A DNA stretch of 64,000 nucleotides from Octopus sinensis (lineage: Eukaryota), in assembly GCF_006345805.1 (NCBI RefSeq), contig NC_042999.1:102858001-102922000 (forward strand), written 5' to 3'. How positions within the stretch are numbered: the stretch's first letter is position 1; every line of letters starts with the position of its first letter. The notes beneath the pieces were generated by a model. The model did not search any database. It had not been told where the DNA came from and saw only the letters and a list, made by a program, of their open reading frames with translations. Of this stretch, positions 1 to 13,490 are shown piece after piece. A program made the translations under genes and the position numbers.

Positions 1-1626
1 TTTTACCACTCCACTTTTTGCATCAACCTTCTTGCCTTTCCTCGTCATTTCTGTTGTACCAGCGTCCGCTTTTCTACTTTGAATAAACCATGTTCTCAGA
101 GCCTAAAGGTGTTTTGGAGACACAAGGAGTGTTATAAAAAACCTGCATAGACACATGTTTCCACAATAAGAAACTATCAGTAGTTCCTATCCTTTACACT
201 GTGTACATTAAATAATATTTATTTCTCACTGGATGGAGTGCTTTTTTGTTGATCTTATCTTAACGAAATAGTAATATACATACATACATACATACATACG
301 TACATACATACATACATACATACTTACATACATACATACATACATACACACATATATATATATATACATTCACACACATGCAAGCACATTTATTTTGTAC
401 TAAATACCTATAAAGTATATGTACAGTATATTATTAGTTACTTACATTCAATCTTTCTCCCCGACGCGTGTTTCAATTTTCAGGCGGAACCTGTTTGTGG
501 CTTGATGTTCCTGTTTATTTATCTATCATTTGGCATGACTCCTTTAATTGGTTTCCGCTTCTGATTCTGTTTTCTTACGGCTTTTGAAGCATGTTTTACT
601 GTTTTGAAGTTTTGTGTTTATTTAGTAGAGGTGCAATATTCTAGTTCATATTTTTCTACTCACTTTCTTTCGATTGTTTTAAATTATTCCTGTCTGTAGT
701 TGCTGAAGTGTTCTTAATGCTATTTATTTGATTCTCGTATAAATTCTTTTTAATTTGTTTCATCTTTGTTAGCTATGATTTGATGGATTTTTTCCCTGCT
801 ACTGTGTGGTGATTTTTTTCCAGCTACTGTGTGATAGTTTTATATCTTGTTTTGTTGAAATACGTGTATTTATAAACGTTACGAGAAATTCCCAAACTCA
901 CTTACCAAAAATCTTGTAAACAAGCCATATATATCACAAGCTATCCAATGATAACAACACAAAAGTTAACTACAGCTGCATAAAACTTATAGAGGGTTCA
1001 ATAAACACACACACACACGCACACACAAACACACACACATATGTACCTACGGTAGAAATTCAAGTTGTAATACACCGCGTTGAAACACTTAGCTTAAATT
1101 AACCTTGCAATTAGACAACAAAATGTACCTACTTGTGTGGTAGTATCTAAAAGGAATCTCTAAAGGAGAAAACTCCAATAATACGAGTCAGTGCAACGTT
1201 TGGGACATAAAAAATTATTCGGTTAGGAGTAACTGTTTTCTTAAAAACCAATTGATGATAGTAGGGGATATGTTTTGGCCATAGACGGTTTTATGAGAAG
1301 TATATTTAGCTGAGATAAGATGACAATATTTATAAAAATAGAGGGAATATAGAGATGTTGATTATATATATGAACAGTGAGGCTGAGGGTAATAGGTTAC
1401 GTCATGTTTCAAACCTTGCCCAGTCCACTGGTCCAACCCCTCTACTGTATTGTATTTCTACGATTCTCAGGCGCGTGCTTTTGTTTGTTTGACTCCGAGT
1501 AGTATTCTAGTAGGTTTGTTTTTTTTTGTTTCCTCTTTGTCTCAGATTTTAATTGTATCATTTGTCACTTTTATCTATTTATATCTTCCTGTATATGCTC
1601 TGCTTCGTAGAATGATCGCACAAGCT

Positions 1627-2130
1627 CGGCATGGCTGTGTGAAAAGAAGTTTGTTTCCCAACCACATGGTTCTGGTTTCAGCGTAGCACCTTAGGCAAGT
1701 GTTTTCTACTATAGCCCCGGGCCGACTAAATACTTATGTGTGGAGTTAGTAAAAGGAAACTAAAAAAATGCCCGTCATATATATGTGTGTGTGAATGTGT
1801 GTGTCTGCAATTATCTCCCTCCACCACCACCACCGCCACTCCCCCACCACCGCCACTCCCCCACCACCGCCACTCCCCCACCACCGCCACTCCCCCACCA
1901 CCGCCACTCCCCCCACCACCGCCATCGCCGCCGCCACCACCACCACCACAACTACCACGTCGACAACCGGTGTAGATTTGTTTACATCGTCATAATTTAT
2001 CGGTTCTGCAAAAGAGATCGATAGAATAAGTAACAAGGTTTTTTTAAAGAATAATTACTGGGGCAGATTCTTTCTATAAAAATCGTTCCCCAGCATGGCC
2101 GTTGTTGAATGACTGGAGTAAATAAAAAGT
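1627..2130 (+). mobile_element. tRNA-derived SINE (family A, with central microsatellite)
   Basis: Head 'GGCATGGCTGTGTG...CCAACCACATGGTTC', tail 'CCCCAGCATGGCCG...TGACTG'; similar to 6347-6740. Confidence 0.7.
1817..1950. repeat. C-rich 18-bp minisatellite (CCACCACCGCCACTCCCC)n inside a SINE
   Basis: About 5 units plus CCA/CCG triplets; explains the spurious Pro/His-rich ORFs. Confidence 0.85.
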
Positions 2131-2181
<51 letters not shown>

Positions 2182-2450
2182 ATAGCCAGCCATGATCTTT
2201 CTTTCTTGGCCTGACTCTCGACCACCAACACCTCTTATGTCCAGCTCCTATGTTCCTGACTTTAGGCTTCCACTTCATACGCGCCAGCTCAATTTGATTC
2301 GTTCTCAGTTGAACGGCACCTGTTGTTATTTTCTTGTTTGTATTCGTAATTATGTACAATGTTCTCCGCTTTTGTCTTTGTTGCCGCACACATTCGCTAG
2401 CTTTCCTATCTGTCCGAATGTCTCATTGTCCTCTATTGCATTTTTGTTCC

Positions 2451-2486
<36 letters not shown>

Positions 2487-2503
2487 ATATATATATATAT
2501 TTA

Positions 2504-2826
2504 AAGACTCCGCCGGTTACGACGACGAGGGTCCCAGCTGATACTATCAACGGAACAGGTTGCTCGTGAAATTAACGTGCAAATGGCTGAGCATTCCACA
2601 GACACGTGTACCCTTAACGTAGTTCTCGGGGATAATCAGCGTGACACAGAGAGTGACAAGGCTGACCCTTTGAAATACAAGTACAACTCATTTTTGCCAG
2701 CTGAGTGGACTGGAGCAACGTGAAATAAAGTGTCTTGCTCAAGGACACAACGCGTCGCCGGGAATCGAACTCACAACCTTACGATCATGAGCCGAATGCC
2801 CTAACCACTCAGCCACGCGCCTTCAT
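2504..2826 (-). mobile_element. tRNA-derived SINE (family B)
   Basis: Reverse strand has an A box (TGGCTGAGTGGTTAG) and a B box (GAGTTCGATTCCC), then 'TTGTGTCCTTGAGCAAGACACTT'; sits between (TA)n tracts. Related copies at ~49625 (+) and ~52790-52950 (-). Confidence 0.8.
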
Positions 2827-2846
2827 ATATATATATAATATATATG

Positions 2847-2879
<33 letters not shown>

Positions 2880-2919
2880 TATATATTATATAGATAGATA
2901 GATAGATAGATAGATAATA

Positions 2920-2954
<35 letters not shown>

Positions 2955-3522
2955 TGTGTGTGTGTGTATGTATACACTCATGTACATCTATAATATTATG
3001 TATATTTATATGATTATATTAGAGAAATGTTACAGATACAAAAAATTGATAAATATAGATAGAATCACTATCTGTCTGTCTCTGTCTCTCTCTCTGCATA
3101 CATATATTTGTCCGTATGTATGTTTATATGTATATATTTATAGATTATAATCTATAAATATTTCATATTCTATAAATATATTAACCATAAAAAATTTCCG
3201 CACTAGTCGTCTTATACTATAATTGGACTAAATTCATTGATTAATTATGCTTTCCCATTATTGATTACATACATATAAAGCGCTGATCTTAATACCGTTA
3301 TCGATGGAAGTCCTTGTCTATGATCCATAGCATCACAATTTCGGACCTAATTGGTTTTATTTGCTTCGATATAGTTTTGTTCAAAGACTTTCTGGCGAAT
3401 TGTTTATTACATTTATAACCGAGGCCCCTATAATTTCAACAACAAATATATGACGGTAATTGTGCAAGATAACACAGCAAATGAATTTTTAAAATCTCTC
3501 TTTATCTGAATATATATAATAT

Positions 3523-3571
<49 letters not shown>

Positions 3572-3576
3572 TATAT

Positions 3577-3633
<57 letters not shown>

Positions 3634-3666
3634 TATATATATATATATTATATATACATATATATA

Positions 3667-3751
<85 letters not shown>

Positions 3752-5065
3752 CCTGAGTCCATTATGTTTAATTTGGAACAGAAATGTTCCTAAATCCATT
3801 AGTCTATTAACGGTTAATGAACGTCTCGGTCTCATTATCTAATGAAGTAAGGGGAATAATTGCGTGCAATTTGTTGATTCTGCTGTTTCTCGCAATGAAT
3901 CTTTGTTATAGGTATAAGTGATAAAATTGTTTATGACTTATAACGTCTACACGCATCATACAACATATCAGCTACTTTGTCAAAAGACGCTTCTCGTTGC
4001 CTTCAGAACTGAAGTTCTCTTCCACCGGTCATAATGTAGTCTATACACTTAAATAGACAAGATCGTTATGGGTTTCCTACTCAGGTTCACATTCCTATCA
4101 TTCTACATGACTAACAGCGAAAACACATTTGTTTCCGAACATAGCCACATCTCCCACAACAGATACATTAATGACAGTTACTGAGACAAATACGAATGTG
4201 ATTAAGGAAAACCTGAAAAATGGTCGTGAAAATAAGTTTGTTTACGATCCAAAGTGGCTTTAGTATAAATTCAAGCCAAAACATTAGTCCATCCTTAGAT
4301 AGAGATATAGGAAATAACAATAATATTATAATATACCACTTCATTATACAAAACTTACACAAAAATATTTATATATCAGACGCAACAATGAGAGTGTTGA
4401 TAGCTATAAAATATCTATAATAGGGTCTTAGATTAGCTTTTAAATTTTCATTTACAAAAACAAGTTTAAATGACAATATCTTACATGTAGAACAAATACT
4501 AATTAATAATGGGTATCCTTACAAATAAGTTGGCCCAACAACAGTACAATACAAGAAGTTTCCCCACACAAATATAACAAAAGCTGCCCCGACAAATATT
4601 ACATAAATCATACATATCGTATACTATAAGAACCAAATATGCTCTGGTTATAAACTGGATGAAAATGTCATTAAAAATACTCGTAGAATAGAACATAGTA
4701 TACGTCACACCGTTACAAAAATCACAGACTTATTGTATATATTTGTTCTTCATCTGACGATGAGCCTAGAAAGGTGTTGACACTATGTATGTATCTATAT
4801 CAAACTGCTGTATGTTTTCAACAAGCGATCACATCAAACGAATTTCAAATATGATCAAGTTAGATTATTTATAGTGATAGAGAGCATGTGCGGAAAACAT
4901 TGGAATATTTATAAAATAATTATGCTTTAAGTATTTAATGAACAGGAATTTTTTTTCCGCCCGTATGTTTAAATTTAAACGAATACATACATACATACAT
5001 ACATACATACATACATACATACATACATACATACATACATACATACATACATACATACATACATA

Positions 5066-5296
5066 CAAGATTCTAACATCAACTGGAAATCTCCATAGAA
5101 ATAGTGATAACGACAGGCTATACTTAAGAAGAGATAAAAGAAATAGAAGCTTGAGATCGGTGCAGACAGCATTCAAATGTCGCATAGTCTCTTTCAGACA
5201 GCACCTGCTAGACAACAGCACCAAAAATAAATACATTAACCGAATGGTGAAAAGTGAAGGAAACAATATCCTACGTGCGGGAAGCGAGCTTTCAAC
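5066..5296 (+). mobile_element. R4/Dong-like non-LTR retrotransposon internal fragment
   Basis: KILTSTGNLHRNSDNDRLYLRRDKRNRSLRS matches the post-RT motif 'H..SD..RLY..R..GGRGL'; flanked by (TACA)n on the left and (TGTA)n on the right. Confidence 0.65.
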
Positions 5297-5312
5297 ATGT
5301 ATATATGTATGC

Positions 5313-5343
<31 letters not shown>

Positions 5344-5513
5344 TGTATGTATGTATGTATGTATGTATGTATGTATGTATGTATGTATGTATGTATGTAT
5401 GTATGTATGTATGTATGCATGCATGTACGTACGTACGCACGCATGTATGTATGTATGTACATACGTATGTATGTATGTATGTATGTATGTATATATAATA
5501 TATATATTATATA

Positions 5514-5812
5514 TCTCTTTATATATAAAAGTCAAGTTGTGTGTCTGTCTCCTACGATTTAGATTCCTAACTACTCCCACATTTTGCGGTGCAGTTTAAC
5601 CAAAACCGGGTATCTTATAGTCGTGATTCATATCGAGCCCTTCTGGGTATTAGCGCGCGTCTACGATGAGTCTACGATTAAAAAAAAAAATTACCATCAT
5701 TTGTTTTCCATTTTTAATGCATTTTTTTGCTATTTTTTGGCTATAACTCTCTAAAAATGCTTATATAGTTATTTCCCTTACAAACCCGAGCAACGCCGGG
5801 CGATACTGCTAG
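5514..5812 (+). mobile_element. Non-autonomous Helitron-like element
   Basis: A|TC start, subterminal hairpin CCCGAGCAACGCCGGG (5785-5800), CTAG|T end, no TSD. Confidence 0.65.
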
Positions 5813-5837
5813 TATATATATATATATATATATATAT

Positions 5838-6100
5838 GGAAAATTCACTAAAACAAAACAAAAGACGAAGACAGGTAGACAACAAGCAGATGTATCAGTT
5901 TAACGCTCGGGAAGTGAAAAAGTCGTTAGCGTTTCGAGCCTACGCTCTTCCACAGAAATGAACACAGAAAGAAACAGGGAGAGAAAATAAAGAATGTGTA
6001 GTGGCTAGCGATCTATCATAGTAAATGCCGGACAAAGGGGTCACACAAGAGAGCTAGGAAGAAGGGGAGATAATAAAGTAGTGGTGATCCCAAAACGAAG
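5838..6100 (-). mobile_element. Short repeat with degenerate hammerhead, adjacent to (TA)n
   Basis: Starts directly after a (TA)n tract and shares the 'GTTTCGAGC...GCTCTTC..CAGAAA' module with 45180-45367. Confidence 0.45.
5921..5960 (-). ncRNA. Degenerate hammerhead motif related to 45262-45300
   Basis: Reverse complement CATTT-CTGTGGA-A-GAGC(GTAG)GCTC-GAA-ACGC-T; same helix II stem, with core position 6 and helix III altered. Confidence 0.4.
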
Positions 6101-6346
6101 GTGTGCGTGCGTGATTATAAGAGAGCATGTATGTGCGCGTAGAAGAGGGATGGTGACCTTGACGTGTATGTGCATGTGTAGGTGTGTGGATGATGGTGTG
6201 GTTTCTGGGAAGTGGTCAGTGCTAGTGTATGCGTGGCGGTGTGATGTGATGCGGTGTTGTGTGGTATGTGATGCGGTGGTGTGGTGTGGTGGTGTGTGGG
6301 GGTGGTGCGGTGGTGTGAAATCCTTGGTTCAGTTAAGTAGGAATGT

Positions 6347-6740
6347 CTGTGTGGTAAGTAGCTTGCTTACCAACCACATGGTTCCAGGTTCAGTCCCACT
6401 GCGTGGCACCTTGGGCAAGTGTCTTCTACTATAGCCTCGGGCCGACCAAAGCCTTGTGAGTGGATTTGGTAGACGGAAACTGAAAGAAGCCTATCGTATA
6501 TATGTATATATATGTATGTGTGTGTGTATGTTTATGTGTCTGTGCTTGTCCCCCCCCCAACATCACTTGACAACCGATGCTGGTGTGTTTACGGCCCCGT
6601 AACTTAGCGGTTCGGCAAAAAGAGCGATAGAATAAATACGAGGCTTACAAAGAATACGTCCCGGGGTCGATTTGCTTGACTAAAAGCGGTGCTCCAGCAT
6701 GGCCACAGTCAAATGACTGAAACAAGTAAATGAGTAGAAG
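6347..6740 (+). mobile_element. tRNA-derived SINE (family A)
   Basis: 'TGTGTGGTAAGTAGCTTGCTTACCAACCACATGGTTCCAGGTTCAGTCCC...GGTGCTCCAGCATGGCCACAGTC'; multi-copy within the window. Confidence 0.85.
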
Positions 6741-7580
6741 AATATTTGAGAAAGGAAAAGAATGACTTCGCTGGTAGTTCTAATCAATTCAATTTTTTGA
6801 TTATATAATTTAACAGATGGGTTTGTAGATCTAGTAAGTTCTTTGTTAACTCCTTTGGGAAGGTTTTTTTAAAGATTCCTTGTTAATTTTTCATTAGAAA
6901 GTACAAACCACTACTGAAAAGAAAAATGATATTCCATCCTCCAATAACGGAGTTCTCTCTTTCTTAGAAAAGATGCATACGCCAAATAGAAGTGGATGAC
7001 ACCCACACTTTCAATCTTTCGATCGTTGAAGAGTAGAACAACCCTAGGAGCTACACTACCATTTCACTAATCCCCATCCCCCCAATATATATGTGAACTT
7101 AAATACTTGAGTAGTGTAGATACGTATAAATATGTGTATGTGTACGTATGCATATGTATGTAGGTATACATAAATATACAAGTGTGAATGCATGTACAAA
7201 TATATGGGTACGCATGAAGTAGAAAATATATATATATATATATATGAATGTATGTATGTGTGTATGTTTGTATGTATGTATGTACATATGTATGTATCTA
7301 TCTATCTATTTATATGTATACATATATGTATATATGTCTATGTTTATGTATATATGTATATATAGGCATATGTGTGTGTATGCATATGTATCTGTTTATA
7401 TGTACGTGTGTATGTATATATATGTATGTGTATGCATGTATGTATATATGCGTGGTTATATATATGTATGTATATATGTATGTATGTGTGTATGCATATG
7501 TATGTATATATATATATATAATATATATATAATATATAATTATATATATATATATTATATATATATATATATTATGTATA

Positions 7581-7892
7581 TGGAGGCGCAATGGCCCAGT
7601 GGTTAGGGCAGCGGACTCGCGGTCGTAGGATCGCGGTTTCGATTCCCAGACCGGGCGTTGTGTGTGTTTATTGAGCGAAAACACCTAAAGCTCCACGAGG
7701 CTCCGGCAGGGGTTGGTGGCGGTCCCTGCTGTACTGTTTCGTCACAACTTTCTCTCATACTTTCTTCTGTTGGCCTGCTCGCTTAGCCAGCGGGGTGGCG
7801 TCATTTGAAGGCTAAAACACTGCAAAGCGCATTGTGACCAGCGATGTGTAGCAACATCTGATAGTCTGGTCGGTCACGGTGATCACGGTGAT
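7581..7892 (+). mobile_element. tRNA-derived SINE (family B-like) in (TA)n
   Basis: A box TGGCCCAGTGGTTAG, B box GGTTTCGATTCCC, tail with (TCACGGTGA) repeat. Confidence 0.8.
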
Positions 7893-8422
7893 ATTATGTA
7901 TATATATATATATATATACGTATGTATATTTTTTGCATGTTTATATGTAGAGAAGTAAATATGTGCGATAACATGGTCTCCCCCACCCCCTCACGAACCA
8001 CTATAAAAAATACACTTCTATCAATAATTCCAAAACTAATCTTATTTTTTCTCTCTGCTATAATCCCTTTTTTACACCTCAGCACCCCATCAGACACACA
8101 CCTAAACTCATCTTTAACAGAAACTTACTGAAGTTTCTCTTTATGAAATTAAGATAGTTGATTTAGCCATAAGAAAAGAATTTGAAAAATATCTGACCAC
8201 TATATTTTCACCAAAGGTCATCCATTCCAATGGGACTAGCAGGAGAGGACTTCCACAAGCCCTTCATAAAACATTCCATAAACATCCCACCATCTCCCGT
8301 CTCCACTCTCAATCAATTATCCAATTTTACCATTCACTATTTTCTTTCAGTTTTTGTTCATCAACACTCCTTCACTCCTACACTTATCAACAAACCTCAA
8401 CCCCACCCCATACGCACCCAAA

Positions 8423-8627
8423 TCTATTATATAAAATCCGTTCTGTCTGTGTGGGTGTCTTCTAGAATCTCGGGTATCCTCCATCCGGTTGCGCTCAAAT
8501 TTGATATGTAGATACCGACGGTATCAGGGCTTGTATAAGTCTTGAAAAAATTACAAAAATCGATTCCAGGTGAGAATGCAATCGATAAAGCCGTGGGAAC
8601 GTGCATTCGTACGCGCAAGTACATTAG
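8423..8627 (+). mobile_element. Helitron-like short element
   Basis: A|TCTATTATATAAAA start like the other two copies; imperfect subterminal hairpin and TTAG|T end. Confidence 0.4.
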
Positions 8628-8779
8628 TCGAAATCCGTCTTTTGCTGGTGTCTCAAATTTAGGTTAAATCAGTGTTTCTCAAAGGAGAGGACGGTCGGAC
8701 AAGTTGTTTTAAGCAAATTTGGTTTAAATGTTTGACAACTCAGCACCATCCATTGGACGTGGGGGGTGGGTGGCATTTT

Positions 8780-9395
8780 GCTCGTCGTCTTATATATGTT
8801 TTGGTAGGAATGTACCACCAGTACTTCTTGTGTTGATATTTGTGTACGTATTCTATAACAGCAGGGATTCTCTATATTTATTCCAGGACAGTCTATTTTT
8901 TCCCGAAAGGCATTGTTTTTGCGACAACGCCATGTCGCATAGGTAGGTAATATATGGACGACATTTTTGGGCAGCTGCTAATTACATGTGTGATGTCTTC
9001 CACTGAAATATGGCGAAATCTACATTTTCGGTTGCATCTTGAAACTTCAAGGGCTTCATTGTCTCTTTTGTTGATTAGGTATTTTGTAGCATTCTCCTGT
9101 TCTTGGATTGCAAATGCATAGCCTTCGAAGTGTGATGTGATGTAGCGCTTACAAGTCCAAGAGAATATTCGCTTCATGTCAGTGTTACTATCTTCTTCAA
9201 GGCTTCGGGACACATATCTATGCATGGTCTTATTTTGGTATGTGGACCGTTTCACCTCCGGGTTTAAAATGTGACATTATTTTCGTTATCTACGTTCCAA
9301 AGATGGAGTTTTGTATCTTTGTTAGAAACCAGTTCCTTCTTCAGAGGAAGAATTTAAATGATAAAACATAGAAGAGAAAGATACGTACATACATG
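8780..9395. mobile_element. R4/Dong-like LINE fragment with internal inversion
   Basis: - strand 8893-9255 encodes 'FAIQEQ...KCRF....EDITHVISSC...MRH' (CCHC knuckle region). 9270-9395 matches, on the + strand, the 3' tail seen at 44885-44990. Confidence 0.7.
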
Positions 9396-10123
9396 TATTT
9401 ATACACGCACACGCACGCACGCGCGCGCACACGCACACACACGCACACACACACACCACACACACACACACGCACACAAACACACACACACATACACACA
9501 TATATAGACAGATAGATAGATGGATAGATAGATAAATAGACAGATAGATGGACGGTTGGAGAGAAAGAGAGAGAGAGAGAAAGAAAGAAAGAGAGAGAAA
9601 AAGAAAGAGAGAGAAAGAGATGGAGAGGTACAATATTAAAAAAGAGCACGGAAAAGAGAATAGGAGATAGTAAGGTGGGAGAGAAATTGGAAAAGAGAGA
9701 AAGTGATATAAGGAGAGCGTAAAACGAAACGAACGAAATAAACCTATCAGAGGTGCAGAGATAACCAGATGCAAAAGGATGTTTGTTCTACAGATCTTCG
9801 CTGGAACAGGTTTTATTTGAAAATATATATAATTAGACGGAAACAGTCGTGAAAAGTAATAGGAGCAAAATCTGAACGGTTTATAAGGAGTAAAATTATA
9901 CAATAGAATGAAAAGATATGAGCGAGTAAAGAAAGAGAAGGAAAGAAATACAATGTAGAACATTTGAAATAACACGAGCTTGCATCTTTGCCAAACTAAT
10001 TGGAAATCAGCGCATTTTCTACCCGGAAAATATCCATCTATATATACATAAAACGCGCCCATACATACACACGTATAAATATATACATACATACACACAC
10101 CCTTACATCCATATACAGACACA

Positions 10124-10162
<39 letters not shown>

Positions 10163-10791
10163 ATACCTTTAGGGCTGATAGGAAAGATTTGATTGGCGGA
10201 TTTTGATTGAAGGCAAAAGATTTGATTGACGGCTACGCACACTAAAAGACGACCTTCAATCGGTGTTATCTTATTGACCTTTACCCCCAACCTCTCAAAT
10301 TTACTAAGTTTTTATTGACAAATACACATACAAGATAAACAAAAAACAAGAAAAAACGAAAACAAAAAAAACAAAGCCACTCTTATACTGGAGATCAGCC
10401 GTACCGAGAAAATGATGTTAGAATTTATGCATAAAATATATACGCCCTCTATGAAATTATTCATCCACGATTGGTTGTTGTAATAGTAACAATAACACCA
10501 TCAGAAAAAGCTACTGAGAAGAAAGTTGCGGATGCGTTGAGCAACGTTCAATAAAAATCTGTGGATTCAAAGATTCGATACCATAGAAAGAATGTACTTT
10601 CAGTGTAATTGTTGATTTACAAGAAAGTAATTGATTCCCTTCTGTACTCGTAGATGTTAGAGGCCCTTCAGCTCGTTAAAGTTTCAGAGACCACAAACAA
10701 AGTCATCGGCAACTTGACTTCGTTCTATACAGCCACCCTGAAGTCGAATGCTTGAAGTTATTGCAATTTCTTTGTATGGATAAAGTATCAC

Positions 10792-11203
10792 TCTTTCTCT
10801 TTTACTCTTTTACTCTTTTACGTGTTTCAGTCATTTGACTGCGGCCATGCTGGAGCACCACCTTTTAGTCGAGCAAATCGACCCCGATCTTATTCTTTGT
10901 AAGCCCAGTACTTATTCTATCGGTCTCTTTTTTTGCCGAACCGCTAAGTAACGGGGACGTAAACACACCAGCATCGGTTGTCAAGCAATGCTAGGGGGAC
11001 AAACACGGATACAAACACACATACATATATATATACATATATACGACAGGCTTCTTTCAGTTTCCGTCTACCAAATCCACTCACAAGGCATTGGTCGGCC
11101 CGGGGCTATAGCAGAAGACACTTGCCCAAGATGCCACGCAGTGGGACTGAACCCGGAACCATGTGGTTGGTTAGCAAGCTACTTACCACACAGCCACTCC
11201 TGC
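10792..11203 (-). mobile_element. tRNA-derived SINE (family A), near full length
   Basis: Reverse complement of the 6347 copy; (AAGAGTAA)n-type tail at ~10792-10820. Confidence 0.85.
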
Positions 11204-13129
11204 ACCACTGGGGTATATTACAACAGAAGTTTTCTGCATTGTGCTGTTTATACATACAAGGAACCTCTTATCCTTTCCTTTTTTTTTGAGTAAATTTGAA
11301 TGGTATTTAAGTGGATCTCACGAAGACAGAAATACCGATCTGACACACAGTCACAATACTTTCAAAAGATACAGAGTGGAATTTGGTCATGATAAATGCT
11401 CCTAACTGATTGCAAAACGAGGGAAAACAAACTACAAACTAATCTATTAGTAACTCCATCAAATTGGAAACTTAGAGGCGCGTTTCCAGTGAAATTTCCG
11501 TTAAGTGTAATAAACTTGTTGCGACGGAAAAGAAAGAAAACAAATATTCTTATTAGAAATTAATATTTTACTTGCGGATGAAGGTGGCGAACTGGCATTT
11601 CGTCCGTCTTTATGTTCTGAGTTCAAATCCTGCTGGGGTTTACTTTGCTTTTTTGGGGTCGATAAAATAAGTACCAGTTGGACACTGAGTCGATGTAATC
11701 AATTTACCTTTTTCCCGAAATCGCTATCCATGTGCCGAAATCCGAAACCAATTATTAACTTGCAAATGCGAACATTTAATTTAAAATTTGCAAGAAAGAT
11801 AACATTTACGGATAACTGCTTCGAACACTTTTGCACTTAGATTATAATGTACATTCATATCTATAATTATTGCTGCACTTTGGCTATGTAAAAAAATATC
11901 TAATTGGTAATCTCGAAAAGTTAGATTTTCCAGGCATAAAATATATCTCGCTAATTTGTATTTACATATACAATCTAAAAGCAGTACAATAAAAAAAATA
12001 TGCAAGATATGTCTAAAGTTCAGCATGTAGCGTTTATCGTATTTATTATCCAGATTCCAACAATAGAACCTTGCTTCTTTACTTAAAAAATCCTAGTCCT
12101 TTTCTTACTGGAAGTATTCAAACTAAAAGGAATGAAGATACACCTATTTAATTACTTGCATAAAGAATTTTTTTGTCAGGTACAGGATTCAATTTTCGAT
12201 TTAAACTAAACGTACAAGTATGTCACGAAGACAAGTTTACAGTAACAAAAATAACAGTTAATTAACCAAGCCCCTACTAGAAGTAGAACTGATGTTAACA
12301 TGTTAAATTAGCTGTACGTAATAATTGAAAAAACGCCTTATTTATTTTCTCCCCGAATGATGGTATATCTCTAATATTTTAACATTTATATTGTTTTCTC
12401 GAACAAGTTCCATGTATGTACATGCATTCATATCTACTTGTATGCAAATATACCTACCTACCTACAAACATACATACATATCCGTGCGCATAAATCTCCA
12501 CCTACCTATCAACCTACGTACATGCATATGTTCATACATGCATTCATACACCATATATAAATAATACATATCATCCACATACAAACTTACACATATGCAT
12601 GTATGCATACATAATTACAAACATATATGCATATATAATTACAATATAAGTATCTAAATTTACGCATGTATCAAAAAGTAGTAATGGTTATGTTACTACA
12701 CATGTCTTAATGTTTATCCCTTAGAAATGGGCTTTTTTTGCACGTAAAGAAACCCACCAGCTAACGCATACTTTGCAAAACAGATTGAAAGCAGATCAGT
12801 AAAACTGCAGAAGAGTTTTAAAACATTTAACAAGTAGCATTTCATCAATATTCCTAACTAAATTCCAGTGATAGAGCTTTGTTTCGTAGAAAATAATTCC
12901 TTCTCTATAAGAATAATTAAAAGGGTGTTAGCGCATATACATATTGAGGTACAAATTCAACTTCTTTCCTTTAATTTTCAACAGAACAACAAACTATATG
13001 CTCCGAGGTGGGGAACATTCCGTTTGGTATGCCGGGCGAAATACAAGGATATAAGAACCAAGGAGGGACAACCTTTTTGTGGCAGTATGATGAAGCTTTA
13101 CTTTTACAAATTAAAAGACTTCTGGCTTA

Positions 13130-13490
13130 TATTAGTTTCAAGTTTTGGCACAAGTCTAGCAATTTCGGCTGAAGGGTTTAAGTCGATTACATCACCGTGA
13201 GTAATTAACTGGTACTTATTTTTATTGACCCCCAAGAGTATCAAAGGCAATGTCGAACTCGGTGGCATTTGAACACAGAACGTAATGACGGGCGAAATGC
13301 CGCTAAGTAATTTTCTCGCCGTGCAAAAGATTCTGCCAGCTCACCGCCTTACATGCAGCTTGCATTGGTTTCAAATTTTGGGACAAGACCAGCAATTTCG
13401 GATGAATTGTTAAAGCGATTACATCGGCCCCAGTGCTCGATTGGTACTTATTTTACCGATCCCCAAAGGACGAAAGGCAAAGTCAACATT
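13130..13490 (-). mobile_element. Two SINE fragments (family C, 'AAGGCGGCGAGCTGGCAGAA' head)
   Basis: Similar to the copies at 11580, 22906, 23130, 30304, 51800 and 53345. Confidence 0.65.

Noticed and set aside
1736-2036. Pro-rich and His-rich ORFs (extensin/formin-like)
   Set aside because: Produced by an 18-bp minisatellite within a SINE, open in several frames.
3330-3430. Candidate first exon (LLRYSFVQRLSGELFITFI); a similar candidate lies at ~20700-20795
   Set aside because: Only vague TM1 similarity, with no convincing start codon or donor. Exon 1 is left unassigned and may lie outside the window.
7581-7660. tRNA genes (also ~2750-2826, ~49625, ~30304)
   Set aside because: A/B boxes are present but continue into SINE bodies; no convincing cloverleaf.
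9322-10290. 322-aa minus-strand ORF
   Set aside because: Low-complexity read-through of (CA)n, (GA)n and purine-rich tracts; no recognisable domain.
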